DNA of 64,000 bases, taken from assembly GCA_965248435.1 (NCBI GenBank), contig OZ252100.1, positions 512,001-576,000 of the forward strand. Direction: 5' to 3'. Made by a program: the position numbers and the translations under genes. The DNA is from Candidatus Latescibacterota bacterium (GTDB taxonomy: Bacteria > Latescibacterota > UBA2968 > GCA-2709665). The notes beneath the pieces are model-generated. The model saw only the letters and a program-made list of their open reading frames with translations. It had not been told where the DNA came from and did no database searches. Positions 19,792 to 29,400 of this stretch are shown here, piece after piece; positions within the stretch are counted from its first letter, which is position 1; each line of letters starts with the position of its first letter.

Positions 19792-20814
19792 TTGCCCGCC
19801 ATCGGAGGAAGGATTACGGACACGGAGAAGCGCACACTCTCTCAACAGGTTTCGATTCAGGGTGTTGATCCCCTCGAGCTTTACGGACATAACGACGCCA
19901 ACCTGATTGCGCTCGAAGGGCGCTACGGAGTTCGACTTACAGCCAGAGGCGACACGCTCAGGGTAGACGGACCTACAGGAAAGGTTCAATATGTCTCTGC
20001 CCTGGTAGAGGAGATGATCTCCTGCCTCCGAAGGGGAGATCTGCCTGACGTTGCTCATCTGGAGGCCGTCAAAGCAACGGACCAAAGCAAGACCGATCTC
20101 TCCAGGATCGTGTTGGCCACCAAGAAGAGTCTGGTTCGCCCCCGCTCAGAGGCCCAGGTCCGCTACATATCCGCCATCGAGAATTTCGACATCGTCGTTG
20201 GAATCGGACCGGCAGGTACGGGTAAGACTTACCTTGCTGTTGCCGCCGCTGTGGCTACGCTCAAACGAAAGGATGTCTCCAGGATTGTCCTAACCCGGCC
20301 TGCAGTTGAGGCGGGGGAAAGTTTGGGCTTTCTTCCAGGCGATGTTCAGGAAAAGGTGGACCCCTATCTGAGGCCCCTTTACGACGCCTTGCGCGATATG
20401 GTTCCTGCCGATCACTTGCGGCATCTCATCGATCTTCACACACTCGAGATTGCGCCACTCGCGTTCATGAGGGGTCGAACGCTCAACAACGCCTTCGTCA
20501 TTCTAGACGAGGCGCAGAATACAACAATCAATCAGATGAAGATGTTCTTAACTCGATTGGGGGCCAACTCTAAAGCTGTCATCACTGGGGACGTAACTCA
20601 GATCGATCTTCCTCCAGATACCCAGTCGGGACTCTTGCACATCCAGGGTGTTCTGTCGCATATTGAGGCCATCCGATTCAACTACTTCACGGAGCGTGAC
20701 GTGGTCAGACACCGCCTGGTACAAGAAATCATCAGCGCTTACGAATCCTTCGAGCGATCTAACCAAGACTCCGAGCTTCCGGAAACCATATCACCTGATA
20801 ATGATACGAGGTAG
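19792..20814 (+). CDS. phoH: PhoH family ATPase (YbeZ); start may be about 19813
   Basis: GPAGTGKT, RPAVEAGE, GFLPGD, LDEAQN, GDVTQIDL, VVRH. Confidence 0.93.
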   Translation: MPAIGGRITDTEKRTLSQQVSIQGVDPLELYGHNDANLIALEGRYGVRLTARGDTLRVDGPTGKVQYVSALVEEMISCLRRGDLPDVAHLEAVKATDQSKTDLSRIVLATKKSLVRPRSEAQVRYISAIENFDIVVGIGPAGTGKTYLAVAAAVATLKRKDVSRIVLTRPAVEAGESLGFLPGDVQEKVDPYLRPLYDALRDMVPADHLRHLIDLHTLEIAPLAFMRGRTLNNAFVILDEAQNTTINQMKMFLTRLGANSKAVITGDVTQIDLPPDTQSGLLHIQGVLSHIEAIRFNYFTERDVVRHRLVQEIISAYESFERSNQDSELPETISPDNDTR

Positions 20815-23089
20815 CCGCAAACCTGGTCCGGTGGGCAGGGATCTGCTTGGCCGGGTGACGGGAAACGGTCGCGGGATCCAGCGGGCGAAGGGCGAACAGA
20901 TCCTCCGTCTTAGCCTGTTTGTGATCCTTGTGGTCGTCCTGGCACTACTGTATCCATCCAGACAGAGGGTGGAGTATGGTGCTTTTGGAGAGGGCGCGAT
21001 TGCACCCGCCGAAGTCATCGCTCCCGAGACCTTCTACGTTCTGAAGAATGACTCGGAATACGCCCTGGAAGTGGCAGCCACCCGAAACAAAATCCCCTCA
21101 TTGCTCGTTTTCGACCAGAATATTTCTAATCAGCAGAAAACGGGCTTGAGTTCCCTCTTTCACGATCTGGCAACTCTGAGCGGAATAGCGCTTTCGGACT
21201 CTGCGAAGGTCCATCAACTCCGAATATCCCATCCTGGGATCGCCCCCATCTCCGAGTCGACGATCCAGTTTCTACTTTCCAGGACATCCAGCGGATCCCA
21301 GCGCCTGGAAGAGATCAGGGTGACAGTCGAGGATCTCATCTCTAAGGGCTACAGCTCGGGCATTTTGTCAGGAAGATCGGAAATCATTCACGACGATGAA
21401 AGCAGTGCGACGCTCCGCGAAGACGATAAGGAGCGCTTGATTAGCACGCAGGAGATCAAAGACCTGGAACAATTCAAACTTGGCCTCCCCCGGGAGATCG
21501 GTGTTTCGCTCGTTGCACCTTCCACGGAGGAAGTCAAGGCCGTTTATGAGTTGGTCTCAGCCTATTTGATTCCTAATTTTTCCTACGACGCTCCGGAAAC
21601 CGAGCGTCGCAGGAACCGTGCAGAAGGGGCTGTGTCCAGAACCAAGGGTACGGTTCTCAAGGGCGAGCGCATCATCGATAAGCATGAACGGGTGACGTCT
21701 CAACACGCAGACAGACTCCGCTCGCTGGCGCGACATCTGAACGAACGGCGACAAAAGGATCCTTACATAACCGTCCTGCGGGCAGGGGCCCAGATTATCC
21801 TGATTTCGCTGTTGATCGGCATATTTTTCGCGTTCCTCAAACTATCCAGGCCCAGTGTCTATAGACAGACCTCCAGCATCGTTTTGTTCGGCATCCTCAT
21901 TCTCATGCCGGCGCTTGCTGCGTCCTACGCCGCGACGAATTCCTCCATAACACCTCTTTTGGTACCGATCGCCCTATCTGCCATGCTCGCAACGGTACTT
22001 TTCGACGTGGAGATCGGCCTCCTGGTCACCCTCATAGGGGCGGCCATTTGTTCGAACCTCCTCGGCAGTTTGCCACTCATGCTCGTCTATCTGATTGCGG
22101 GCATCCTGGGGGCCTTTTCGGTCCGCCGTGTCTTGAATCGAAGTGATTTCTACCTGTCCATCGTTTACCTGGTGGGTGCCTACACACTGACCATCACGGC
22201 CACGGGCCTGCTTCAGTTCGACTATTTGAACGTTTCAGAATTCGTTGAGAAGATCCGGTGGGACATCGTTTTCGGAATTTTCACCGCGTGTGCCTCTACG
22301 GTCCTCACCATCGGCTTGCTGCCCATCTTTGAGTCGGTCTTTAACGTTGTGACACCCATCACCCTGCTCGAACTCTCCGACCTGAATCGTCCACTTCTTC
22401 GGAACCTCGCCATCCGGGCCCCCGGAACGTATAGCCACAGTATAATCATGGCGAGTCTCTCCGAAGCCGCGGCAGACGCAATAGGCGCGAATCCCCTCCT
22501 AGTGAGAGTCGGATGTTATTATCACGACATCGGCAAGATGATCCGCCCCCACTACTTTATTGAAAACCAGAAGGGGATCAACCCACACGACGAGCTGCAG
22601 CCTAAAATGAGCGCGTTGATACTGATATCGCACGTAAAGGAGGGCATCGAACTCGCCGAGGACGAAGGACTGCCGCGCGCCATCACAGATCTGATCCCGC
22701 AGCATCACGGCACGAGTGAGATCGCCAGCTTCAAACACCGTGCCCTGGAGCGTGGAGATAAACAGGCCGTTCGCGACGAGGACTATCGGTATCCCGGCCC
22801 CAAGCCGCAAACCAAGGAGGCGGGGATCATCAACTTGGCGGATGCCGTGGAATCTGCCACACGCACGCTCACAAGCTCGACTCCGGACCGGATCAAGGGA
22901 ATGGTCCAGACGATCATCAAGGGCCGGTTTACGGCCGGAGAGTTGGACGAATGCGAGCTGACTCTGGGAGACCTGAACAAAATCCAGCTGGCGTTCCTCC
23001 CCATCTTGCAGGCCACCAGACACGCGCGGGTCGCCTATCCGTGGCAGGAACGGCAGAAGCGGGAAGTAAAGGAGCGAAGGCGGACGTGA
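20801..23089 (+). CDS. 7TM-HD phosphohydrolase (PgpH-like c-di-AMP phosphodiesterase family)
   Basis: Extracytoplasmic 7TM-HDED region, TM block, APGTYSHS, YYHDIGK, HHGT, YPGPKP, LADAVE. Confidence 0.9.
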   Translation: MIRGSRKPGPVGRDLLGRVTGNGRGIQRAKGEQILRLSLFVILVVVLALLYPSRQRVEYGAFGEGAIAPAEVIAPETFYVLKNDSEYALEVAATRNKIPSLLVFDQNISNQQKTGLSSLFHDLATLSGIALSDSAKVHQLRISHPGIAPISESTIQFLLSRTSSGSQRLEEIRVTVEDLISKGYSSGILSGRSEIIHDDESSATLREDDKERLISTQEIKDLEQFKLGLPREIGVSLVAPSTEEVKAVYELVSAYLIPNFSYDAPETERRRNRAEGAVSRTKGTVLKGERIIDKHERVTSQHADRLRSLARHLNERRQKDPYITVLRAGAQIILISLLIGIFFAFLKLSRPSVYRQTSSIVLFGILILMPALAASYAATNSSITPLLVPIALSAMLATVLFDVEIGLLVTLIGAAICSNLLGSLPLMLVYLIAGILGAFSVRRVLNRSDFYLSIVYLVGAYTLTITATGLLQFDYLNVSEFVEKIRWDIVFGIFTACASTVLTIGLLPIFESVFNVVTPITLLELSDLNRPLLRNLAIRAPGTYSHSIIMASLSEAAADAIGANPLLVRVGCYYHDIGKMIRPHYFIENQKGINPHDELQPKMSALILISHVKEGIELAEDEGLPRAITDLIPQHHGTSEIASFKHRALERGDKQAVRDEDYRYPGPKPQTKEAGIINLADAVESATRTLTSSTPDRIKGMVQTIIKGRFTAGELDECELTLGDLNKIQLAFLPILQATRHARVAYPWQERQKREVKERRRT

Positions 23090-23553
23090 CTGCCCCCACA
23101 AGCAATCCCATTAAAGGCCGCGCCGACATCAAAATCGAAATCGACATTCCCATTACTGAACAGCCCGATTGCGATGCAATTCGAGCTACCCTGTTCGAGC
23201 TCGTGAGCGACCACAGCGCCGAAGGCACTGTTTCGGTCATACTGGCTGACGACGGTAAGCTGCGCCGACTCAATCAGGATTTCCGTGGAATCGATGAGGT
23301 AACAGATGTACTTTCCTTCGATCTGAAGGACGATCTCGCCGCGGGCGAGATTGGTGAGGTTTACATTTCACTCGATCGCGCCGGAGTTCAGGCGCAATCT
23401 GCGTCTAGGGACCTGTTGGACGAGGTCGCACACCTCGCCATACACGGGTTCCTCCACCTACTGGGTTACGACCACGATACAGATGTGGAGCGCCTCCGAA
23501 TGCGGCATCAGGAGGCTCGTTATCTAGCCCGATTCAAACAGAAAGGAGCGTGA
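23086..23553 (+). CDS. ybeY: rRNA maturation endoribonuclease YbeY
   Basis: LN..FRG.D..TDVLSF, HGFLHLLGYDH. Confidence 0.93.
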   Translation: MTAPTSNPIKGRADIKIEIDIPITEQPDCDAIRATLFELVSDHSAEGTVSVILADDGKLRRLNQDFRGIDEVTDVLSFDLKDDLAAGEIGEVYISLDRAGVQAQSASRDLLDEVAHLAIHGFLHLLGYDHDTDVERLRMRHQEARYLARFKQKGA

Positions 23554-23560
23554 GGTCGCC

Positions 23561-24850
23561 TTGGACGACTCTGAGTGGCCAAGGACTCTAATCCTACTGG
23601 TTTCACTCGCTACAACTGTCATCCTCGCACGTCTCGGCTCAATAGGTAGTTCACTCTCTCGAGCGTCTCTCGAGCGCCTGGCCGAAGAGGGGGTGGCGCG
23701 CGCGCGCCTCCTGCTATCCATGAGCGGACAGCATGACATCCTCGGGCAGATGGTCACCTTCGGGCAGACCGTCGCCATATCAGCTGGGTGTCTGGCGCTC
23801 TTCGGGCTGATCGACCCGTTTATTGGGCGCATGCCATTGCCCGTAGTGTGGCAGATCTTCGCGATCTTAGGCTTTGTGTTGGTCGCGATCGTCCTCGCAA
23901 ACCTCACACCGGCCTATCGTAGAGATGAAGGCTCGAATCTACCCCTACCCCGCCTCCTGGTTGTCGGTTACCCTCTCTATCTCTTCTTCGCCTTGCCTAC
24001 CCTCCTGCTCGAGCGCAGCCAGAATCTCTTCGTAAGCGAAACGGATTCGAAGGCCCTGAAGGAGGAAGAGATTCGCCACCTCGTCGAGTCCGAGGCCGAA
24101 AAGGGAACCATCGAAGTTGAAGAGCGAGAAATGATCGAGGGCGTGTTCGACTTTGGCGACACCACTGTGAGGGAAGTTATGGTCCCCAGAATCGACATGG
24201 CGTGCGCCGAAATCTCAACGGAGCGGGACGCGCTTCTGGAACTCATTCATAAGTCGCGCCACTCACGAATTCCAATCTATGAGGGAAGGGTCGATCACGT
24301 AAAGGGCGTGGTCTATGCCAAGGACTTGCTGAACGTCCTGAGCCGGGGTCAAGATTGGGAAATTGCCAGGATCATGCGTTCACCCTACTTCGTTCCGGAG
24401 AACAAGAAGATCGACGAACTGCTGAGAGAGTTCAAGAACGAAAGGGTGCACATGGCCATCGTCGTGGATGAGTATGGGGGCACGTCGGGACTCGTGACGA
24501 TGGAAGACCTCATTGAAGAGATCGTTGGGGAAATCCAGGATGAATACGACGAGGACGCAACCCTCTTTCAGTGGGATGAAGAGGGCCAGATCCTGATTGC
24601 GGACGCCAGAATCGCCATAGAGGACCTCAACCTCCTTCTAAGCGTCGATCTGCCTCAGGACGGATATGAAACCCTGGGTGGCTTTATCTACAACCACCTC
24701 GGACACGTCCCTGACCCGCGGGAGACGTTTGAGTTCGAAACGCTGCTTCTGTCGATCGAAGATGTGGTTGGACAGAGAATTACGACGGTCAGGATCCAGA
24801 AACTCGAAGTTAACGGTGAAGACGGGGGCGGCGTCCAAGAAATCGCTTGA
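23561..24850 (+). CDS. Hemolysin/CNNM-CBS-CorC family membrane protein
   Basis: N-terminal TMs, VREVMVPR, HSRIPIY, VDEYGGTSG, EDLIEEIVGEI. Confidence 0.92.
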   Translation: MDDSEWPRTLILLVSLATTVILARLGSIGSSLSRASLERLAEEGVARARLLLSMSGQHDILGQMVTFGQTVAISAGCLALFGLIDPFIGRMPLPVVWQIFAILGFVLVAIVLANLTPAYRRDEGSNLPLPRLLVVGYPLYLFFALPTLLLERSQNLFVSETDSKALKEEEIRHLVESEAEKGTIEVEEREMIEGVFDFGDTTVREVMVPRIDMACAEISTERDALLELIHKSRHSRIPIYEGRVDHVKGVVYAKDLLNVLSRGQDWEIARIMRSPYFVPENKKIDELLREFKNERVHMAIVVDEYGGTSGLVTMEDLIEEIVGEIQDEYDEDATLFQWDEEGQILIADARIAIEDLNLLLSVDLPQDGYETLGGFIYNHLGHVPDPRETFEFETLLLSIEDVVGQRITTVRIQKLEVNGEDGGGVQEIA

Positions 24851-24875
24851 CACATTTGCTCGAACCTGTTAATTT
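24847..24875 (+). promoter_or_regulatory. Promoter of tRNA-fMet
   Basis: TTGACA-17 nt-TAATTT with TG immediately upstream of the -10. Confidence 0.55.
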
Positions 24876-24898
24876 TCAATACACTAGCGAATAAAGGT

Positions 24899-24975
<77 letters not shown>

Positions 24976-24983
24976 AACAAACG

Positions 24984-25014
24984 AAAAGGGAACCGAAGTC
25001 TGGTTCCCTTTTTT
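24984..25014 (+). terminator. Intrinsic terminator after tRNA-fMet
   Basis: aaaagggaacc-gaagtct-ggttcccttttt t. Confidence 0.85.
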
Positions 25015-25394
25015 AATATCTGAGAGTGAGTAGCGAACTTTTGATCGATTCAGTTCTCCATCCATTCATCTTTCTGAAACATCGGACCCCTGGCAGAGTT
25101 GGCCCGATCGGACGGGGCACCGATTCATTGCGATGATACGTAAAGCCATTTCCGTCCTCCTTCCTTCTTTCTTCAGTTTCAGACCCCGATCACAGTTTAC
25201 AAGGTTTTAACAAACTGTTCATACTCATTTCACCTTGGTGAAACAAGGGTGAAATATGTGCATGGCATAATTACTGTGTCGCTTGAAAGCAATCTCGTCC
25301 TCTGTTTAGCCTTCGGAGGAGCCATTTGTGGACGAGTATCGTGTTCGGCAGCTGGGTTGATAACCGGATTGCAATTCTAGTCGGAGGAGGGAGC

Positions 25395-25733
25395 ATGAAG
25401 CTTATTACTGCGGTTATCCAGCCCCACAGGCTGGATAACGTACGTGCGGCCCTGGCAGAGGTCGGCGTCCAGGGAATGACCGTCACTGAAGCCAGGGGAT
25501 TCGGCAGACAGAAAGGTCATCGAGAGACCTATCGCGGCGCGGAATATGTGATCGATTTTCTTCCAAAGATAAAGCTGGAAATTGCCCTCGCTGACGATCT
25601 GGTCAAGCGGGCCATCGACGCCGTCGAGCAGCACGCGAAAAGCGGGAACGTCGGGGATGGCAAAATATTCGTCTCGAATTTGGAGCAGGCCGTTCGGATT
25701 CGAACGGGAGAGACGGGTCCAGAGGCGCTTTAG
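25395..25733 (+). CDS. glnB: Nitrogen regulatory protein P-II (GlnB/GlnK)
   Basis: 112 aa, GFGRQKG, T-loop YRGAEY, GDGKIFV, RIRTGE; ggaggagg RBS. Confidence 0.95.
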   Translation: MKLITAVIQPHRLDNVRAALAEVGVQGMTVTEARGFGRQKGHRETYRGAEYVIDFLPKIKLEIALADDLVKRAIDAVEQHAKSGNVGDGKIFVSNLEQAVRIRTGETGPEAL

Positions 25734-25863
25734 CTACTGATAGAAGGAAGTCACAACGTGACAGGTCGTACTATACTAACACGGCCTTTGATCATGGAGA
25801 AGCGTCCATTGACGGATTCGTTTGTGGAGTGTTTTTCTTTTGCTTCTCTATCTGGATGTGTAT

Positions 25864-26220
25864 ATGGCAACTATCTTAGTCGTGGATGACGACAAGCCAT
25901 CGAGAGATGCCCTGAGAGCAATTTTGGAACCCCAGGGCCACGACATCGGGGAAGCTCCCAATGGCGGAGCGGGCCTGTGGTATTATAACCAAACACCGAC
26001 CGACTTGGTCATGTTGGATATGCTGATGCCGGAGAAGGGAGGCCTGGAAGTCATCCGGGAACCCAAACAAGACTTCCCTTCGGTGAAAATCATCGCGGTG
26101 TCAGGGAGTGGGACTCACTACCTGGACACGGCGCTGAACCAGGGCGCCCGGGCAACGATCGTAAAACCTTTTTCCAAAGAAACAGTTTTAAAGACTGTCA
26201 GGAAGGTTCTGGAAGAATAG
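25864..26220 (+). CDS. Single-domain response regulator
   Basis: ILVVDDD, LDMLMP, KPF. Confidence 0.88.
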   Translation: MATILVVDDDKPSRDALRAILEPQGHDIGEAPNGGAGLWYYNQTPTDLVMLDMLMPEKGGLEVIREPKQDFPSVKIIAVSGSGTHYLDTALNQGARATIVKPFSKETVLKTVRKVLEE

Positions 26221-26277
26221 CAAAAGAGATCGGAAGGTACGGCTCTCTACGTTGGAACCAGCTCCGTTATTTATGTA

Positions 26278-26314
26278 AAAGAAGGGAACCGAATAAGTTT
26301 TAGTTCCCTTCTTT
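26278..26314. terminator. Bidirectional terminator-like hairpin
   Basis: aaagaagggaac...gttcccttcttt between convergent genes. Confidence 0.7.
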
Positions 26315-26405
26315 ATGATTTCCAACTGGGTCCAGAAGCAAGGTTGATTTGCTTTATTGACTATTGGATGTCGGGTATCGGATATTGAAACTGTTTCCCT
26401 AGTCT

Positions 26406-29400
26406 CTACCTCCCACCCGACTCGAGTGCCTCTCGAAAGGCGTGTGAGAAGCGCAGAAAGTCGAAGAACCCGACAAGGCCATCACCATCCTGATCGAATC
26501 GGCTGTAGGGTGTTTGGGGAAACGGCATGTCCGGCAGCTCTGTGTCCCACCCCGGACTCTCACTGTCCTGCCTGAAGGCGTTGATGAAAAGCAGGAAGTC
26601 CGGAAACGCGGCCATTCAAGTCGAGGTCGGCCCAGCGATCTCCGCTGGGGAACAAAAGCCTCGCCTCCGACGATACCAGAACGCTATCCTGTTGACCATC
26701 CAACGTCATGTAACGGACGCGAACCACACGAAGCGCGGTCTGGAGCGAATCTTCTGTTGCGGGGAAGGTACTCACCGTCTTCAGGGTCAGCTGTCCCAGG
26801 TGGTCGCCGCTCAATTCTTGACCCAGCGTACCAACGCGCACCTCAACAGACCCCGGCGAAAGCACCTCCTCTTCTTGAATCAGCGTCCCCCCAGAGTCAA
26901 ATTCCCCTGCCCGCCAGCTGCCGGTTAGGTATGTGAGATTCATTGGATCGAATTCCAGGGTGGCGCTCACGGCCCGGATCTTCGGGAGTCCCGACAAATA
27001 GAGCTCGAGAGGGATCTCCAGGTTGGCCGTGGCTTGCAGGACCGTCTCGCCCTGGTTTCCCTGGGCCGGGTCGAAATCGATTGTGACGAGTTCCGGGATG
27101 ATGCCTTGTCCGGAAAACCCCACCACCATGCCTCCCTTCGGATCATTGCTTAAAATATGCAGGGCCCCGGAGAGCGACCCAGTGCCCGTCGCCAACATCG
27201 TCACGGTGACCGACTGCCTCTCACCAGGCGCCAGCCCGCTCACACTATCTGGTACTACGGAGACCTGGCTGTCCTGACAGGTGATGGCTGCCGACAGTGG
27301 CGCCAACCCCAGGTTTAGGACGTCGAAGGAAACCGTTTGAGATCGACCCACCCAGATCGTCCCAAAATTCAGCGAATCCACTGAAGTCGAGACCACCGGG
27401 AAGACCACCGAAGGCCCTGAACGAACATTGTTGTCTTCCCTAACCTCCTCCTCGAGATCCCCGGCATCCACCTTGGTCACCCAGAAGTAGGCCTCCTCCA
27501 GTGCAGCCAGAGAGAAGGAGGGCAGGAAAAAAGAGAGGGTAACCCTACGGCTCGAATCAGGAGCCACAACCTCTTCCAAAGTCACCTCCCCCATTCGGAT
27601 GCTGTCCGCACCGCCTGCCAGATAGACCGCGACGTCGAAGGGACGGCTCGTTGGACCCGGTCCCACGTTCTGAATATCGAATGACACCGATACCTCTTCA
27701 CCCCTGAACACTTCGGGCGGTCCGACAGGGTCTGAAGAGACGGTCAGGTCGGACGGCACGACTCCGACTGCCAGGATGCCGGTCGCCTTGGCAAGGTCTA
27801 CAGAGGTCGCCTCGAACAGAGTGATGCCAGTCGTGGTATCGGCCGTTACGAGGAACGATCCCTGACCATTCAATATCGTGAAATCCCCACCTCCCCGTGC
27901 TGCCCCGGTAACAGAAACAGTAACCGAAGTGCTGTCATCCTGCGTCCGCAAATTGCCGTGAAGGTCCAGGACCTGAATCGTGATGGACCGAGCAGAAAGG
28001 CCGTCTGGCGATAGTGCTTCGCGGCCGTAACTCAGCGAAAGGTGGTGGGCCGGACCCGCAGTGACCGCGAAACCATCCCCAGCTTCACCCAGCCCAGGAG
28101 AGGATGCCGTAATCGTGACCGGACCCGTTCCCGTGGTCGCAGTCAGCGAAAAGACGGCTAATCCGCTCGTGACGGTCGCCGTCCCCCCACCGACCAGTGA
28201 CCCCTCCGCGCTCAACGTCACCACGGTCTCGTTGTCCAGTAGACGTCGATTCCCATCGGCGTCCAGGACCTGAACACCTACAGTCTTGGATGACGTCCCA
28301 TCTGCAGGGATCGAGGAAGGATCGAAAATCAGCCCCAGGCTTTGTGCACTCCCGGCACCTGCAGTCAGCGGATTTGAAAAGACCGGAAGCAGATCCCCTT
28401 CCGGTCCGGCGGGCGTGTCGTCCGCCTTCAACACGAACGTCTCTATTTCAGCGGTTGCGGTGTACGTCACCAGTCCAAAGACGGCCTTGCCCAAAGTGGC
28501 ATCCAGCGTTCTGTTCTGAAGCGTCCCCGGCGTGTCCGCGGAGAGCGTTACCGTGTCAATGAATTCAACGTCCGTGATCCCCTGCCCGTCCACGGCCGCG
28601 ACGACGGGTTGCGTCAACAAGGGCAACCCACTTATCGCTTCGCCAGGCTGCGTCAGGAATGCAAACCGTGTTGCCATCACGTCGCAAGTCGCATCCGAGG
28701 AAGTCCCAAGGGTCAGGTCGCCCTCCGTTCCTCCGGGCTGATCGTCTGCGGTCAGATTGAACAGTTCGTGGTCTTCCATCCCGGCCAAATAGCTCAGATT
28801 GCTAAACGTCGCCACGCCGGAAACGGCCGTTTGGATGAAATTGGTGAGCGTTCCCGGGCCGTTCACAGAAAGGGTGACCGCTTCGGAGAAGTCCAGATCG
28901 GTCAGACCGTCCCCGTCCTGCGCAGACACCACGGGCTGGACGCCCATCAATTGACCGCTCACCACGTCATTGGGATCAATCATAAAGTGCAACCCGGTGG
29001 CTACAACATCGCTGATGACAGCAGCTGAGGTTACGAGAGCCAGATCCCCCTCAGGGCCGCCGGCCTGATCGTCGACCGTGAGTGAAAAAGGTTGGTGGTC
29101 TGTGGTCGCGCGGTAGATCGCGTTCGTGAACGCGGCCGATCCGGAGGATGCCTGGACGGATTGCCCTTCCAGACTCCCCGGGGCGCCGGTCGTTAACATC
29201 AACGTCTCGGCGAAATCCAGGTCCACCAGGCCCTCGTCGTTTTGCGCCTCCACGACGGGCTGAGTCGTCAAGGACAGGCCGCTGGTCGACCCCTCCGGTT
29301 GAACCACGAACACAAGATTGGTGGCCAGGACGTCACTCACGATCTGCGGCGAGGAGACCGATGGGAGGTCGCCCTCGGGGCCTCCGACCTGGTCATCCGC

